This document shows positions 26,968 through 37,836 of a DNA stretch of 55,450 nt, one piece after another. Below the pieces are notes generated by a model, which worked only from the letters and a program-made list of their open reading frames with translations, was not told where the DNA came from and made no database searches. This DNA is from an uncultured Woeseiaceae bacterium (lineage in GTDB: Bacteria; Pseudomonadota; Gammaproteobacteria; Steroidobacterales; UBA11654). The stretch covers positions 1 through 55,450 of the forward strand of contig CAZWGB010000002.1 in assembly GCA_964633465.1 (NCBI GenBank), read 5' to 3'. The position numbers and the translations under genes are program-made. The stretch's first letter is position 1; each line of letters begins with the position of its first letter.

Positions 26968-28367
26968 ATTATAGGGCCAGCCTAATGGTTTCTTTCCTGC
27001 TATTTATTTTAACCATAAATACGCAGTTAGGCGCTCAGGAAGAGCAGGAACTTCCTACAGATTCAGCTATTAGTGAAAAACTCAAAAATATCCAGACTTT
27101 AGAGCAATTACTTGCAATAACCGAAAATGATAGCCAAGTAAGCAACGTCATTAACAACCAAAGAGAAGAAAAATTCTTAGCTGCAAGAGATCGGCAACAA
27201 TTACTCCTGGATCAGGCTAAAGCACGCTTGGATCAAGAAGAGAAACGCAGCATCCGTTTACAGAAACAGTTTGAAGATAATGAAAAAACCTTGGAGGATA
27301 TTCAAGAAACATTGAGAATACGTATCGGCAATTTTGGCGAATTATTTGGAGTTGTGAGGCAAGTTGCTGGTGAAGCAATTGCGGTCATTAAAAACTCCAT
27401 TGTCTCCTTACAATTCCCAAATAGAGAAAAAATTCTAACCGGTTTGGCAGAAACCAGAGGTATACCTTCTATTGAACAGATGCATGACCTAAAGGTCGAA
27501 TTGCTTAGAGAAATGAGCCAATCAGGCCAAGTTCAAAGGTTCCAAAAACAGGTAGTGCTTCCAGGCGGGTCCATTGTAGATGCCGAAATAGTAAGGGTTG
27601 GTGTTTTTAATGCAATTACAGAGAATTTCTTTCTCCAATTTGTTCCAGATACTCAAAGTTTGCAGGTGCTCGCCAGACAGCCTGCTCGGCGATACCAATC
27701 AATGGCGGAAGATCTCTTTGCTCTGGATGCTGGTTATACCGCCATGGCAGTCGACCCAAGCCGTGGTCAAATTTTAAGTCTATTAATCCAAGCACCCGGT
27801 CTTGGTGAGAGAATCAATCAAGGAGGATTGGTTGGATACTTCATAATTTTTATTGGTTTAATTGGCTTGTTAATGTCTCTATGGAGATTGTTTATCCTTC
27901 GTCAAGATGGGCAGGCAATTAATGAACAATTAACCACTGAAACTATCTCTCGAGACAATGCATTGGGAAGGATTTTATCCGTCCACAGCGAGCATGATGC
28001 AATGGAAACAGAAGCACTGGAACTGAAGATTGATGAAGCAATCTTAAAGGAAGTTCCCAGACTTGAAAAATACCACAGCATCATCAAAGTATTTGCTGCT
28101 GTAGCTCCTTTATTAGGACTTTTGGGAACAGTAGTAGGGATGATTGTAACTTTCCAAGCATTGACGCTTTTCGGAACAGGAGACCCAAAACTGATGGCAG
28201 GTGGAATTTCCCAAGCTCTGGTGACCACTATGCTGGGCTTAATTGTAGCAATACCCTTAGTTTTTTTGCATAGTGTTTTAACCAGTTGGAGCGGTACTTT
28301 GATCGAGGTGCTTGAGGAACAAAGCGCAGGTCTGATAGCAAGACATGCTGAACGACCAAACCGATAA
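26964..28367 (+). CDS. MotA/TolQ/ExbB-family proton channel with long N-terminal periplasmic extension (TtpC-like)
   Basis: 467 aa. Has an N-terminal signal and a coiled coil of about 290 aa. The C-terminal ExbB core is PLLGLLGTVVGMI..F.....G.GDPKLMAGGISQALVTTMLGL. Confidence 0.85.
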   Translation: MNYRASLMVSFLLFILTINTQLGAQEEQELPTDSAISEKLKNIQTLEQLLAITENDSQVSNVINNQREEKFLAARDRQQLLLDQAKARLDQEEKRSIRLQKQFEDNEKTLEDIQETLRIRIGNFGELFGVVRQVAGEAIAVIKNSIVSLQFPNREKILTGLAETRGIPSIEQMHDLKVELLREMSQSGQVQRFQKQVVLPGGSIVDAEIVRVGVFNAITENFFLQFVPDTQSLQVLARQPARRYQSMAEDLFALDAGYTAMAVDPSRGQILSLLIQAPGLGERINQGGLVGYFIIFIGLIGLLMSLWRLFILRQDGQAINEQLTTETISRDNALGRILSVHSEHDAMETEALELKIDEAILKEVPRLEKYHSIIKVFAAVAPLLGLLGTVVGMIVTFQALTLFGTGDPKLMAGGISQALVTTMLGLIVAIPLVFLHSVLTSWSGTLIEVLEEQSAGLIARHAERPNR

Positions 28368-28372
28368 TTACC

Positions 28373-28897
28373 ATGAATATCTTTAGCGATATTTATATCG
28401 CAATTCGCAGTTTTTTTGAGGCAGGAGGACCGGTGCTGTGGGGGATACTATTGGTTACGATTATCATGTGGACACTGATAGTCGAGCGATTCTGGTTTTT
28501 TCGATATGTACTCCCAGAACGAATTAAACAAACAACCAGCCAATGGCAATCAAGAAAAGGAAATCAGACTTGGTATTCAAACAAGATCAAGGATCAGTTG
28601 ATATCAGAAATATCTGTTGACACACATCGTTTTATTTTAACCATTGAAACCATGATGCTGATTTTACCTCTCTTAGGCCTACTTGGGACCGTTGTCGGTA
28701 TGATTAAAGTTTTTGATGTAATGACTTTTTTCGGAACGGGGAACGCAAGGTTAATGGCAAGTGGAGTATCCCAAGCGACAATACCAACGATGGCAGGTTT
28801 GGTAGCAGCGATTTCTGGATTATATATTGCTAATTTACTGAAACGAAAAGCAGATGTTGAGGTCGCTAAAGTTTCGGATCTTTTGGTTAATGAATAA
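28373..28897 (+). CDS. exbB: ExbB/TolQ-family proton channel
   Basis: 174 aa with three TM segments. Has the core motif LPLLGLLGTVVGMIKVF...GNARLMASGVSQATIPTMAGL. Confidence 0.88.
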   Translation: MNIFSDIYIAIRSFFEAGGPVLWGILLVTIIMWTLIVERFWFFRYVLPERIKQTTSQWQSRKGNQTWYSNKIKDQLISEISVDTHRFILTIETMMLILPLLGLLGTVVGMIKVFDVMTFFGTGNARLMASGVSQATIPTMAGLVAAISGLYIANLLKRKADVEVAKVSDLLVNE

Positions 28898-28903
28898 ATT
28901 GAT

Positions 28904-29305
28904 ATGAAAAGAAAACATAAAAGAAAAAAAGATGAAAGCGAGATCAATATTACGCCTCTGCTTGATATAGTTTTTATCATGCTGATTTTTTTTATTGTCA
29001 CCACTTCCTTCGTCAAAGAAATTTCATTGGACGTCAACCGACCGACTAAATCACCGGTAAAAGAACAAAAAAGGTCGGAGGTGATATCCGTTAGGATTTC
29101 AGCAGAAGGTCAAGTTTTTGTCCAAGAAAGACTCGTGGATATTGCTGCAGTTCGGGCAAACATTGAATCAAATTTAGCCATTAAACCCAGTGCTTCCGTA
29201 GTAGTAGTTTCAGACCGTGATGCCGATGCTGGTTTTTTGGTGAGGGTGATTGATCAATCTCGGCTGGCTGGGGCAAAGAATGTCTCGTTAGCAGCACAGA
29301 AGTAG
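28904..29305 (+). CDS. exbD: ExbD/TolR-family protein (paralogue 1)
   Basis: 133 aa. Has INITPLLDIVFIMLIFFIV (conserved Asp in the TM) followed by a periplasmic domain. Confidence 0.88.
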   Translation: MKRKHKRKKDESEINITPLLDIVFIMLIFFIVTTSFVKEISLDVNRPTKSPVKEQKRSEVISVRISAEGQVFVQERLVDIAAVRANIESNLAIKPSASVVVVSDRDADAGFLVRVIDQSRLAGAKNVSLAAQK

Positions 29306-29307
29306 TC

Positions 29308-29709
29308 ATGCTAAGAAAAAAAAGAAGAGAGGAAGAAGAAAGCGAGATCAATATTACGCCAATGATGGATATTGTATTCATTATGTTGATCTTCTTTATC
29401 GTTACAACGTCATTTATCAAAGAGACGGGGATCAATCCTAATCGTCCAGAGGCTGAAACGGCAATTAGAGCTGAACAGGGCAATATTCTCATAGCGATTG
29501 CTCCCAATGATCAAATATGGATGAACAAGGGTCCCATCGAGTTAGAGGCGGTAAAAATCATGGTAGAGGCTGCACATGCTGAGAATCCAGAAAGCAGTGT
29601 GGTTGTAGTAGCTGATGAGTTAGCCTCAACTGGTCTAGTTTTGGACGTTATGGATAAAATCCGATCGAGCGGTATTTCTAAAATATCATTATCTGCAAGG
29701 GAAAAATAA
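29308..29709 (+). CDS. exbD: ExbD/TolR-family protein (paralogue 2)
   Basis: 133 aa. Has INITPMMDIVFIMLIFFIV followed by a periplasmic domain. Lies 2 nt after paralogue 1. Confidence 0.88.
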   Translation: MLRKKRREEEESEINITPMMDIVFIMLIFFIVTTSFIKETGINPNRPEAETAIRAEQGNILIAIAPNDQIWMNKGPIELEAVKIMVEAAHAENPESSVVVVADELASTGLVLDVMDKIRSSGISKISLSAREK

Positions 29710-29718
29710 AGGTGAAGT

Positions 29719-30378
29719 ATGGCCGCTATTTCTCTTAATCTAAAGCCACAGTTGAGGTATTTGTCGGCATTACTTTTCGGTGTTTTGATCTCATTCGGAC
29801 TGTTTTTTTTAATGCAATCCCTCATCGATTCTGGCGAACAGCAAAAAAACGCCTCAGCTGAAGGACAGATTATGGATTTCATCAGAATCAGGGAAGATGA
29901 GACATTGAGCATTAAGGATCGACAGAAACCGAAGAAACCAACACCTCCCAAAGAACCCCCACCCCCACCCAAACTGATCGTTGAGAAACAAGTTAAACCT
30001 ACAATGAATAGGATAAAGATTGAAATCCCCAACATAGATTTACCCAGTATTGCTGGCGGAGGACCATTTTTAGGTAATTGGGCAGGCAACCCCTTAGCAG
30101 AGGGGGATGTTTTACCCATAGTCAGGATTGATCCCCAGTGGCCCAGAGAAGCTCTTATTGAAGGTATAGAGGGATATGTTGTAGTTGAGGTAACTATTGG
30201 TGCAGATGGTTCTGTTAAGGATGTGCGTGTTCTTCAATCTGAGCCAAAAAGAATGTTTGACAGGAATGTCATAAGGGCCGTTCTAAAGTGGAAATTCAAA
30301 CCCAGAATTATCAATGGAGTGGCGGTCGAGAGAAAAGCAATACAAATGCTGGAATTTACACTTAATGATCTAAATTAA
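29719..30378 (+). CDS. tonB: energy transducer TonB
   Basis: 219 aa. Has an N-terminal TM anchor, a Pro-rich spacer KPKKPTPPKEPPPPPK and a C-terminal TonB domain (PQWPREALIEGIEGYVVVEVTIGADGSVKDVRVL...). Confidence 0.88.
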   Translation: MAAISLNLKPQLRYLSALLFGVLISFGLFFLMQSLIDSGEQQKNASAEGQIMDFIRIREDETLSIKDRQKPKKPTPPKEPPPPPKLIVEKQVKPTMNRIKIEIPNIDLPSIAGGGPFLGNWAGNPLAEGDVLPIVRIDPQWPREALIEGIEGYVVVEVTIGADGSVKDVRVLQSEPKRMFDRNVIRAVLKWKFKPRIINGVAVERKAIQMLEFTLNDLN

Positions 30379-30385
30379 TGCAGCA

Positions 30386-31681
30386 ATGACATTCTTTTTT
30401 CACAACAAAACAACAAGTGTCTTAGCGCTTTTCATGTTATGGAGCATAGTTTTTTTTGGAGCTATAGAAACATGCTCGGCAGAAACATTACCCGGCTACC
30501 ATCCATTAACAGAAGAGAGAACTGTCGTTGAGAGAAGAAGCACAGCACCGCAAATGAATTACAACGTCAACAAGAAATTCGAAAGCGTTGCTGAGCGATT
30601 CGGTAACGGTGACCTGGAAGGCGCTATGAAGAGTTTGCAATCCATGCTCAACTGGAACATCAATGATTATGAAAGAGCGGTTATCTATCAATTTATGGGG
30701 TTTGTGTACGTCCAACAGAGCAACATTGATATGGCAATCGAAGTGTTCAGAAAATGTACAGATCTTGATATATTATCGACATCCCAACATCAGAGTACTG
30801 TCTTCAATTTAGCAAGCCTATACGGGTCGAGAGAAGATTGGGATTTGACCATCACTAAATTGATGCAATGGTTTAAATATGAGCCTGATCCTGTTGCAGA
30901 AGCCTATATTATGATGGGCATTGCTTATTTTCAAAAAGGAGAACCATTAACATCACTTCCTTATATCCATATTGCCAATATTAAATCCAAAAAGCCCCAA
31001 GAAAGCTGGCACCAGCTGGAATTAGCTATCTTATTTTTAAACAAACGTTTTGAAGAAGCGGTTGAGCTTCTCAAAAGAATGGCCACCTTTTGGCCAGATA
31101 AGGAAAAGTATTGGGAAACCTTGGCAGGTGCTTATATGGAATTGCAGAAAGATCCTGATGCTCTTTCAGCATTGACTCTAGGCTACAAAAATGAAGCAAT
31201 CAGCAAAAAAGAAACACTGGAGAATCTTGCTCGATTGAGTTTATATCTGGAGATTCCATACCAAGCAGCTTCAATAGTCGAAGAAAACATCAATAATGGC
31301 TCACTTGAGAGGAATGAGAAAAACTTGAGGTTGTTGCTCGGTGCTTGGACCGCTGCAAGGGAGTTTGATCAAGCCATTGGGGTTATCGATATTTTGGCAC
31401 CGATGATTAATGATGGAGACCTATACATCCAAAAAGCCATGTTGCTAAATGAAAAAGGGGACTGGGAAGGTATTAAAGTTGCTGCAAGCGAAGCTTTAAA
31501 CACTGGCAATTTGGAGAAACCAGGAGATATTTATATCCTTAAGGGAATGGCACTAACCGAACTAGAGGAATACGACCAGGCTATAAACTCTTTTGAAAAA
31601 GCAGTTGAATTAGGTACCGATGGCAACAAAAGAAATGCCGAAGCTTGGATTGAATACGTCACTGATCGCAAGGGAACTTAA
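30386..31681 (+). CDS. tetratricopeptide-repeat protein (TtpD-like terminal gene of the TonB2-type cluster)
   Basis: 431 aa with a signal peptide and repeated TPR-like A/Y/L-spaced helices. Occupies the last position of the cluster. Confidence 0.7.
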   Translation: MTFFFHNKTTSVLALFMLWSIVFFGAIETCSAETLPGYHPLTEERTVVERRSTAPQMNYNVNKKFESVAERFGNGDLEGAMKSLQSMLNWNINDYERAVIYQFMGFVYVQQSNIDMAIEVFRKCTDLDILSTSQHQSTVFNLASLYGSREDWDLTITKLMQWFKYEPDPVAEAYIMMGIAYFQKGEPLTSLPYIHIANIKSKKPQESWHQLELAILFLNKRFEEAVELLKRMATFWPDKEKYWETLAGAYMELQKDPDALSALTLGYKNEAISKKETLENLARLSLYLEIPYQAASIVEENINNGSLERNEKNLRLLLGAWTAAREFDQAIGVIDILAPMINDGDLYIQKAMLLNEKGDWEGIKVAASEALNTGNLEKPGDIYILKGMALTELEEYDQAINSFEKAVELGTDGNKRNAEAWIEYVTDRKGT

Positions 31682-31682
31682 A

Positions 31683-32471
31683 TCAAGGATAGGATTTTTC
31701 TTTCAAATCAGGTTCATTAATTTCGCCCAGCATTAAACTACGTGATTTTTCTGATATGCCTTGAGCCCCGTTTTCAACTTCATCAGGGTAAATCGGGGGA
31801 AAAATAGTTATTTTCAGGGGCACTTTACTCGGTAGCCAAACTTCCGATCTGAGCAATTGCCGAGTTCCATTCATTGCGATCGGTATAACTGGTATATCGT
31901 TCTTTACAGCTGTTAAAAAAGCACCCAGCTTAAATTTTCCCAATCCATCTTCTGCATAAAAAGTCCCTTCAGGGAAAAAGATGATCGAATCCAATCCTTG
32001 GCCACTGGACATAATCCGCCTTATATCTTGGGCGCCCTTGACCGCATTAAAACGATCTACTAAATGTGTGCCTACCTTTCTTACAATATAACCGAGAAAT
32101 GGGACATGTTTTAATTCTCTTTTTCCAACATAAGCATATTGAGGAGGCAACACCGCACTCAGTACTATTGGATCTATGTAACTGGCATGATTGACAACAA
32201 GGATGGATGGCGATTTGATCAGATTTTCATAGCCTTTTACAATGATTTTGTATCGCAGTACTTTTAGGATTAGCCAGACCCCTTTTTTAGCGATCAGACG
32301 CGTGGTACGAACTTTGGAAGTAAAAGGAAAGCAGAGAGTCATACCTAAGACCACAATCACAAAAACAAACCAAGCCCAAGCGCCAAAAAGGTATGCATTT
32401 ATTACTTTCACAACAAATTTTTTGGATTTTTTATGACAAATCGTCCTATTCTTATAGTTTATGATACACAA
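31683..32471 (-). CDS. lysophospholipid (1-acyl-sn-glycerol-3-phosphate) acyltransferase family protein
   Basis: 262 aa with an N-terminal TM. Has the acyltransferase motifs NHASYIDP (HxxxxD) and FFPEGT. Confidence 0.8.
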   Translation of the reverse strand: MCIINYKNRTICHKKSKKFVVKVINAYLFGAWAWFVFVIVVLGMTLCFPFTSKVRTTRLIAKKGVWLILKVLRYKIIVKGYENLIKSPSILVVNHASYIDPIVLSAVLPPQYAYVGKRELKHVPFLGYIVRKVGTHLVDRFNAVKGAQDIRRIMSSGQGLDSIIFFPEGTFYAEDGLGKFKLGAFLTAVKNDIPVIPIAMNGTRQLLRSEVWLPSKVPLKITIFPPIYPDEVENGAQGISEKSRSLMLGEINEPDLKEKSYP

Positions 32472-32484
32472 TCATTAAAGAACT

Positions 32485-33396
32485 ATGACAAATTCGATAG
32501 CTGATAATAACTCTTCTTCTGATATAGATTCATTTCTTGATTCTGTATGGATGGAACAAGGATTGGCTAAAAATACTTTGTCGGCTTATCGCTCTGATTT
32601 GAAAATTTTGGAAAAATGGACCAGGAATAAAAACCTGACCCTGAGAAATATTTCTCGTGCTGACTTGTTGGATTTTATTTCTGAGCGAGCTAATTTGGGT
32701 GCAAGCTCTCGTTCTTCTGCAAGACAGCTCTCCACATTTAGGCGGTTTTACAATTACCTTAGTGGACAAGAAATTATTGTTCAGAATCCAACGTTGAAAA
32801 TCTCAATGCCAAAAATTGGTAGATCCTTACCAAAAATGATTTCAGAAGAGGAGGTGATTAAACTTATTAAAGCACCTGTAGTCAAAAAACCTTTGGGTTT
32901 TAGGGATAGAACAATGCTTGAAGTGCTTTACGCAACTGGTTTAAGAGTATCGGAGTTGGTACAACTAAAGCAAACTCAATTAAATTTAAACCAGGGTTTT
33001 ATCAGGGTCTTAGGAAAAGGCAACAAGGAACGATTGGTGCCACTCGGTGGAATTGCAAAAAGTTGGCTGAAACGCTATTTGAAAGGTCCTATTCATGAGA
33101 TCCTCGGAGAACGGAATACAGACTATTTGTTTCCAACTAGAACATCTGAATGTATTTCCAGACAAGCGTTGTGGCAGTTAATTAAGAAATATGCCAATAA
33201 AACTGGAATCAAATCTAATTTATCTCCGCATACTCTTAGACATGCTTTCGCGACACACTTACTCAATCACGGTGCCGATTTAAGAGTGGTTCAAATGTTG
33301 CTGGGACACAGTGATTTGTCGACCACACAGATTTACACTCACATTGCTCAACAAAGACTCAAGGATATCCATGAAAAACATCATCCGAGAGGTTGA
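32485..33396 (+). CDS. xerD: site-specific tyrosine recombinase XerD
   Basis: 303 aa. Has ATGLRVSEL, HTLRHAFATHLL and LLGHSDLSTTQIYTH (the R-H-R-Y catalytic set). It sits in the conserved xerD-dsbC context. Confidence 0.9.
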   Translation: MTNSIADNNSSSDIDSFLDSVWMEQGLAKNTLSAYRSDLKILEKWTRNKNLTLRNISRADLLDFISERANLGASSRSSARQLSTFRRFYNYLSGQEIIVQNPTLKISMPKIGRSLPKMISEEEVIKLIKAPVVKKPLGFRDRTMLEVLYATGLRVSELVQLKQTQLNLNQGFIRVLGKGNKERLVPLGGIAKSWLKRYLKGPIHEILGERNTDYLFPTRTSECISRQALWQLIKKYANKTGIKSNLSPHTLRHAFATHLLNHGADLRVVQMLLGHSDLSTTQIYTHIAQQRLKDIHEKHHPRG

Positions 33397-33416
33397 TTTT
33401 TTGTAAACTAGACGTT

Positions 33417-34190
33417 GTGAATGATTTGAAAAGAAAATTACTTCTTATATTGCTACTGCTGCATATCCATCCCATCCATGCTGAGGAATCATCAATTGCT
33501 ATTAATTTAGAAATGTCTGAGATAAAGGAGATCCAAGAAAATAAATCAAAACTGCTTGCAGCTTTATTGGATGCTTTCCCAGAGGCAAATGATGTCAAGA
33601 TCTCAGAATCAAGTATTCAAGGACTACACACTGTTTCCATTGGATCTCAGATCTTCTATATAAGTCAGAATGGTAAATTTATTCTCCAGGGAGATATATA
33701 CGATGCCGAAACTGGGGCTAATTTGACAGAGCGAGATAGAATCTCAGCTCGAAAAGATTTTCTCAGTCAGCTGGATGAAGAGGAGATGGTTATTTTTGCT
33801 CCAGATGAATTTAAGCACACCGTAACTGTATTTACTGATATTGACTGTGGTTATTGCAGAAAGTTTCACAGTGAAATTGACGAGGTTATGGAGCAGGGTA
33901 TTCGAGTTCGTTATCTTTTTTTCCCGAGAACAGGTCCTGATACGGAGAGTTGGGAAAAGGCCGAAAAAGTTTGGTGCAGTCAGGATCGGCAGAGTGCTAT
34001 AACAAGGGCAAAACAAGGCAAAAGCTTGAGAGCTAAAATCTGTTCAAATACGCCTGTTCAGCAACATTACAGTTTTGGGCAAATGTTTAGGGTACAGGGC
34101 ACACCAACGATGGTTAGTGATAAAGGAAAGATCATTGTAGGTTATGTACCAGCAGATGTCTTGAAAGCTCGAATAGAATCTGATCTTTGA
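33417..34190 (+). CDS. dsbC: thiol:disulfide interchange protein DsbC
   Basis: Has a signal peptide KRKLLLILLLLHIHPIHA, the thioredoxin active site DIDCGYCRKFH and GTPTMV. There is no in-frame ATG before the signal peptide, so the start is ambiguous: TTG 33393 per the ORF track, GTG 33417 or TTG 33426. Confidence 0.85.
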   Translation: MNDLKRKLLLILLLLHIHPIHAEESSIAINLEMSEIKEIQENKSKLLAALLDAFPEANDVKISESSIQGLHTVSIGSQIFYISQNGKFILQGDIYDAETGANLTERDRISARKDFLSQLDEEEMVIFAPDEFKHTVTVFTDIDCGYCRKFHSEIDEVMEQGIRVRYLFFPRTGPDTESWEKAEKVWCSQDRQSAITRAKQGKSLRAKICSNTPVQQHYSFGQMFRVQGTPTMVSDKGKIIVGYVPADVLKARIESDL

Positions 34191-34191
34191 T

Positions 34192-34515
34192 TTATCGTTC
34201 CAGATATTTCAGTTTATCTTTTACATCTCTCCAATCGTCAGCGTCATCAGGATGTGCTTTCGCATGAGTGATCACTGGCCAGATTTGAGATAATTCTCTG
34301 TTCAATTCCAGAAATTTTTCTTGCCCCTCTGGAATTTCATCGTCAGCAAAAATAGCATCAACAGGACATTCAGGTTCGCACAAGGCACAATCTATGCATT
34401 CATCAGGGTCAATGACAAGCATGTTTGGGCCTTCATAAAAACAGTCAACAGGACAAACTTCAACACAATCAGTCAACTTGCATTTAATACAGCTTTCTCC
34501 AATTAAAAAAGTCAT
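34192..34515 (-). CDS. fdxA: ferredoxin FdxA (7Fe, 3Fe-4S + 4Fe-4S type)
   Basis: 107 aa. Has [21 protein letters not shown] and [12 protein letters not shown], as in Azotobacter-type ferredoxin I. Confidence 0.92.
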   Translation of the reverse strand: MTFLIGESCIKCKLTDCVEVCPVDCFYEGPNMLVIDPDECIDCALCEPECPVDAIFADDEIPEGQEKFLELNRELSQIWPVITHAKAHPDDADDWRDVKDKLKYLER

Positions 34516-34581
34516 TTTTTAGCATTGATTTAAAATCTTGTGGCACATGATTACATAAAATTTAGTCTATTTACAAGCAGG

Positions 34582-35106
34582 TTAAGGCAGAGTTTCATAT
34601 ATAGGTGTCCAATCATCATCGGTTTTATTAATTTGAGCTTTAAGTGCAATTTTTCCTGTTTTAAACGCCATCTTTTCCCAGGGAATTTTTGATAATTCAA
34701 ACATCCTAACATCCAACGATTCTTTTCCAGGACCGAATTCCAAATTCTCAAGATGAGCTCTGAAGAATACATGAACTTGATGGGCATGAATAACATCTAT
34801 AACCGCTATCAAAGGTCCAATTATTGGTTTAATTAAAGCTTCTTCTTCTGCTTCTCTCGCAGCGCCATCTTTAAGTCCTTCTTTGTTCTCTAGAAATCCT
34901 GCAGGCAGGGTCCAATAGTTACTTCTCGGTTCGATTGCTCTCAAGCATAAAAGAACTTGGTTTTCATATACTGGTACAGACCCAACAACTATCCTAGGGT
35001 TTTCATAGTGAATAAAATTGCATTGGCTACAAATGAATCTGGGTTGATTATCATCTTTAGGTGTTTCAAATTTAATTGAACCCCCACATTTCGAACAAAA
35101 TTTCAT
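34582..35106 (-). CDS. NUDIX hydrolase with N-terminal zinc ribbon
   Basis: 174 aa. Has CSKCGG...CSQC and the Nudix box GFLENKEGLKDGAAREAEEEA. Confidence 0.85.
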   Translation of the reverse strand: MKFCSKCGGSIKFETPKDDNQPRFICSQCNFIHYENPRIVVGSVPVYENQVLLCLRAIEPRSNYWTLPAGFLENKEGLKDGAAREAEEEALIKPIIGPLIAVIDVIHAHQVHVFFRAHLENLEFGPGKESLDVRMFELSKIPWEKMAFKTGKIALKAQINKTDDDWTPIYETLP

Positions 35107-35126
35107 TATAAACCTTATTAATTAAT

Positions 35127-35210
35127 TGCCGGGAGAGAGACTCGAACTCTCACGGGTTTAACCCCACCGGATTTTGAGTCCGGCGCGTCTACCAATTCCG
35201 CCATCCCGGC
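35127..35210 (-). tRNA. tRNA-Leu (anticodon CAA)
   Basis: The reverse complement reads GCCGGGATGGCGGAATTGGTAGACGCGCCGGACTCAAAATCCGGTGGGGTTAAACCCGTGAGAGTTCGAGTCTCTCTCCCGGCA. Acceptor stem is GCCGGGA/TCCCGGC. Anticodon stem is CCGGA/TCCGG with loop CTCAAAA (anticodon CAA). It has a long variable arm and a T-arm GAGAG-TTCGAGT-CTCTC. CCA is not encoded. Confidence 0.93.
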
Positions 35211-35316
35211 TAAACATTACAAAAGAATACCTAGGTAAAAATGCGCAGTCTACATTCTTTATATTTAATTTACTCATTATTATTTTCCAATTAGATAATT
35301 GGGTAGAATATTCACG

Positions 35317-36345
35317 ATGAAAGTCTCAGATTATTACTTTGACCTGCCAGAAAATCTTATTGCACAGAAACCGATTGATGAGAGATCCTCTAGCAAAATG
35401 CTTTGTGTTCACAATGATATTTTTAATGACAGAGTATTTTCGGAGCTTCCTGAAATCCTTTCGAACAATGATCTGCTTGTGTTAAACAACACGAAGGTAA
35501 TGCCTTCTCGCCTATTTGGCATCAAATCAACGGGGGGCAGGGTAGAGATTTTACTTGAAAGAATTTTGGATAAGGACATTGCTTTGGTTCAAGTTAAATC
35601 GAATAGAAGGCCCAAATCAGGAGTCCTTATCGAATTGAGCAATAAGGCAATCATTGAGGTTTTAACGATAGAAAAAGATTTTCTTCGAGTAAAATTTTCG
35701 GAGCCCATTATCAATATCCTTAATGACATCGGCCATATTCCACTACCACCTTACATAAAAAGAATGCCCAATGAAGATGACAAAGATAGGTATCAAACAG
35801 TTTTTGCAGAGAAATTGGGCGCGGTTGCAGCTCCAACAGCAGGCCTGCATTTCAATAGGAAATTGTTGAAGACCATTCTGGATAAAGGGATTGAGACCGG
35901 AAAGATTACGTTACACATTGGAGCAGGTACGTTTATGCCTGTGCGTGAAGAACAACTGAAAACAAAGCAATTGTACAAAGAGCACGCGATTGTGAGCGAT
36001 GAATTATGCATACAAGTGGAACGCACTAAATCCAAAGGAGGTCGGGTTGTTGCTGTTGGAACTACTGTAACCCGTGCTCTCGAATCCGCCGCTTTATCCG
36101 GTACAATTCAACCCATGCGTGGGGATACCAATCTCTTCATCTATCCTGATTTTGAGTTTAAAATTGTTGATGCAATAATTACGAATTTCCATTTACCTGG
36201 ATCATCTTTGATCATGCTTGTATCCGCATTTATTGGGAGAGAAAAAATTAAAAAAGCTTACCAACATGCAATTAATAGAGGCTATCGATTTTACAGTTAC
36301 GGGGATGCAATGTTTCTTGAGCAATCAGTTTCAAAGAGTGTATGA
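35317..36345 (+). CDS. queA: S-adenosylmethionine:tRNA ribosyltransferase-isomerase QueA
   Basis: Has MKVSDYYFDLPENLIAQ.P, PLPPYI and TNFHLP..SL. The ORF track begins at TTG 35299; the ATG at 35317 matches the usual QueA N-terminus. Confidence 0.93.
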   Translation: MKVSDYYFDLPENLIAQKPIDERSSSKMLCVHNDIFNDRVFSELPEILSNNDLLVLNNTKVMPSRLFGIKSTGGRVEILLERILDKDIALVQVKSNRRPKSGVLIELSNKAIIEVLTIEKDFLRVKFSEPIINILNDIGHIPLPPYIKRMPNEDDKDRYQTVFAEKLGAVAAPTAGLHFNRKLLKTILDKGIETGKITLHIGAGTFMPVREEQLKTKQLYKEHAIVSDELCIQVERTKSKGGRVVAVGTTVTRALESAALSGTIQPMRGDTNLFIYPDFEFKIVDAIITNFHLPGSSLIMLVSAFIGREKIKKAYQHAINRGYRFYSYGDAMFLEQSVSKSV

Positions 36346-37455
<1,110 letters not shown>

Positions 37456-37502
37456 ATGTTTATGTGTCATAATTGCACAATTATTTTTTTCAAAGGATCA
37501 GG

Positions 37503-37829
37503 ATGAATATTTTATTTGAAAATGCATGGGCACAAACAAGTGGTTCTGGTGGAAGCACATTTTTAGGATTCTTACCCTTGGTTGTTATTTTTGTTGTCTT
37601 CTACTTTCTCTTAATTAGACCGCAGTCTAAAAAACAGAAAGAGCACAAAGAAATGATTTCAAGTTTAGTTGTTGGTAATGAGGTTATCACAGCTGGTGGC
37701 ATACTTGGGAAGATTGTAGAAATCAAGGAGCAATATGTCCACATAGAAATATCAGAGGGTGTAAGAGTGAAAGTACAGCGTCATACCATTGGTGCGTTGA
37801 TGCCAAAAGGTACAATTAAAAAAGGTTAG
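37503..37829 (+). CDS. yajC: preprotein translocase subunit YajC
   Basis: Has an ATG at 37503 preceded by AAAGGA. Shows one TM followed by IRPQSKKQKEH....L..G.EV.T.GGI.GKI. Sits in the conserved tgt-yajC-secDF order. Confidence 0.9.
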   Translation: MNILFENAWAQTSGSGGSTFLGFLPLVVIFVVFYFLLIRPQSKKQKEHKEMISSLVVGNEVITAGGILGKIVEIKEQYVHIEISEGVRVKVQRHTIGALMPKGTIKKG

Positions 37830-37836
37830 AAGACCA

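Noticed and set aside
29511-30119. A 202-aa minus-strand ORF, the longest unexplained ORF in the track. A 147-aa minus-strand ORF lies at 28594-29037.
   Set aside because: They run antisense to exbD/tonB and to exbB/exbD, whose products are unmistakable. The Gly/Ser/Pro-rich stretch is simply the complement of the TonB proline-rich spacer.
32485-35210. A tyrosine recombinase near a tRNA-Leu gene, as a possible genomic-island or integrative-element boundary.
   Set aside because: The recombinase has the XerD catalytic set and sits in the conserved housekeeping xerD-dsbC arrangement. I found no duplicated tRNA 3' segment, no phage or conjugation genes, and no obvious break in gene content around the tRNA.
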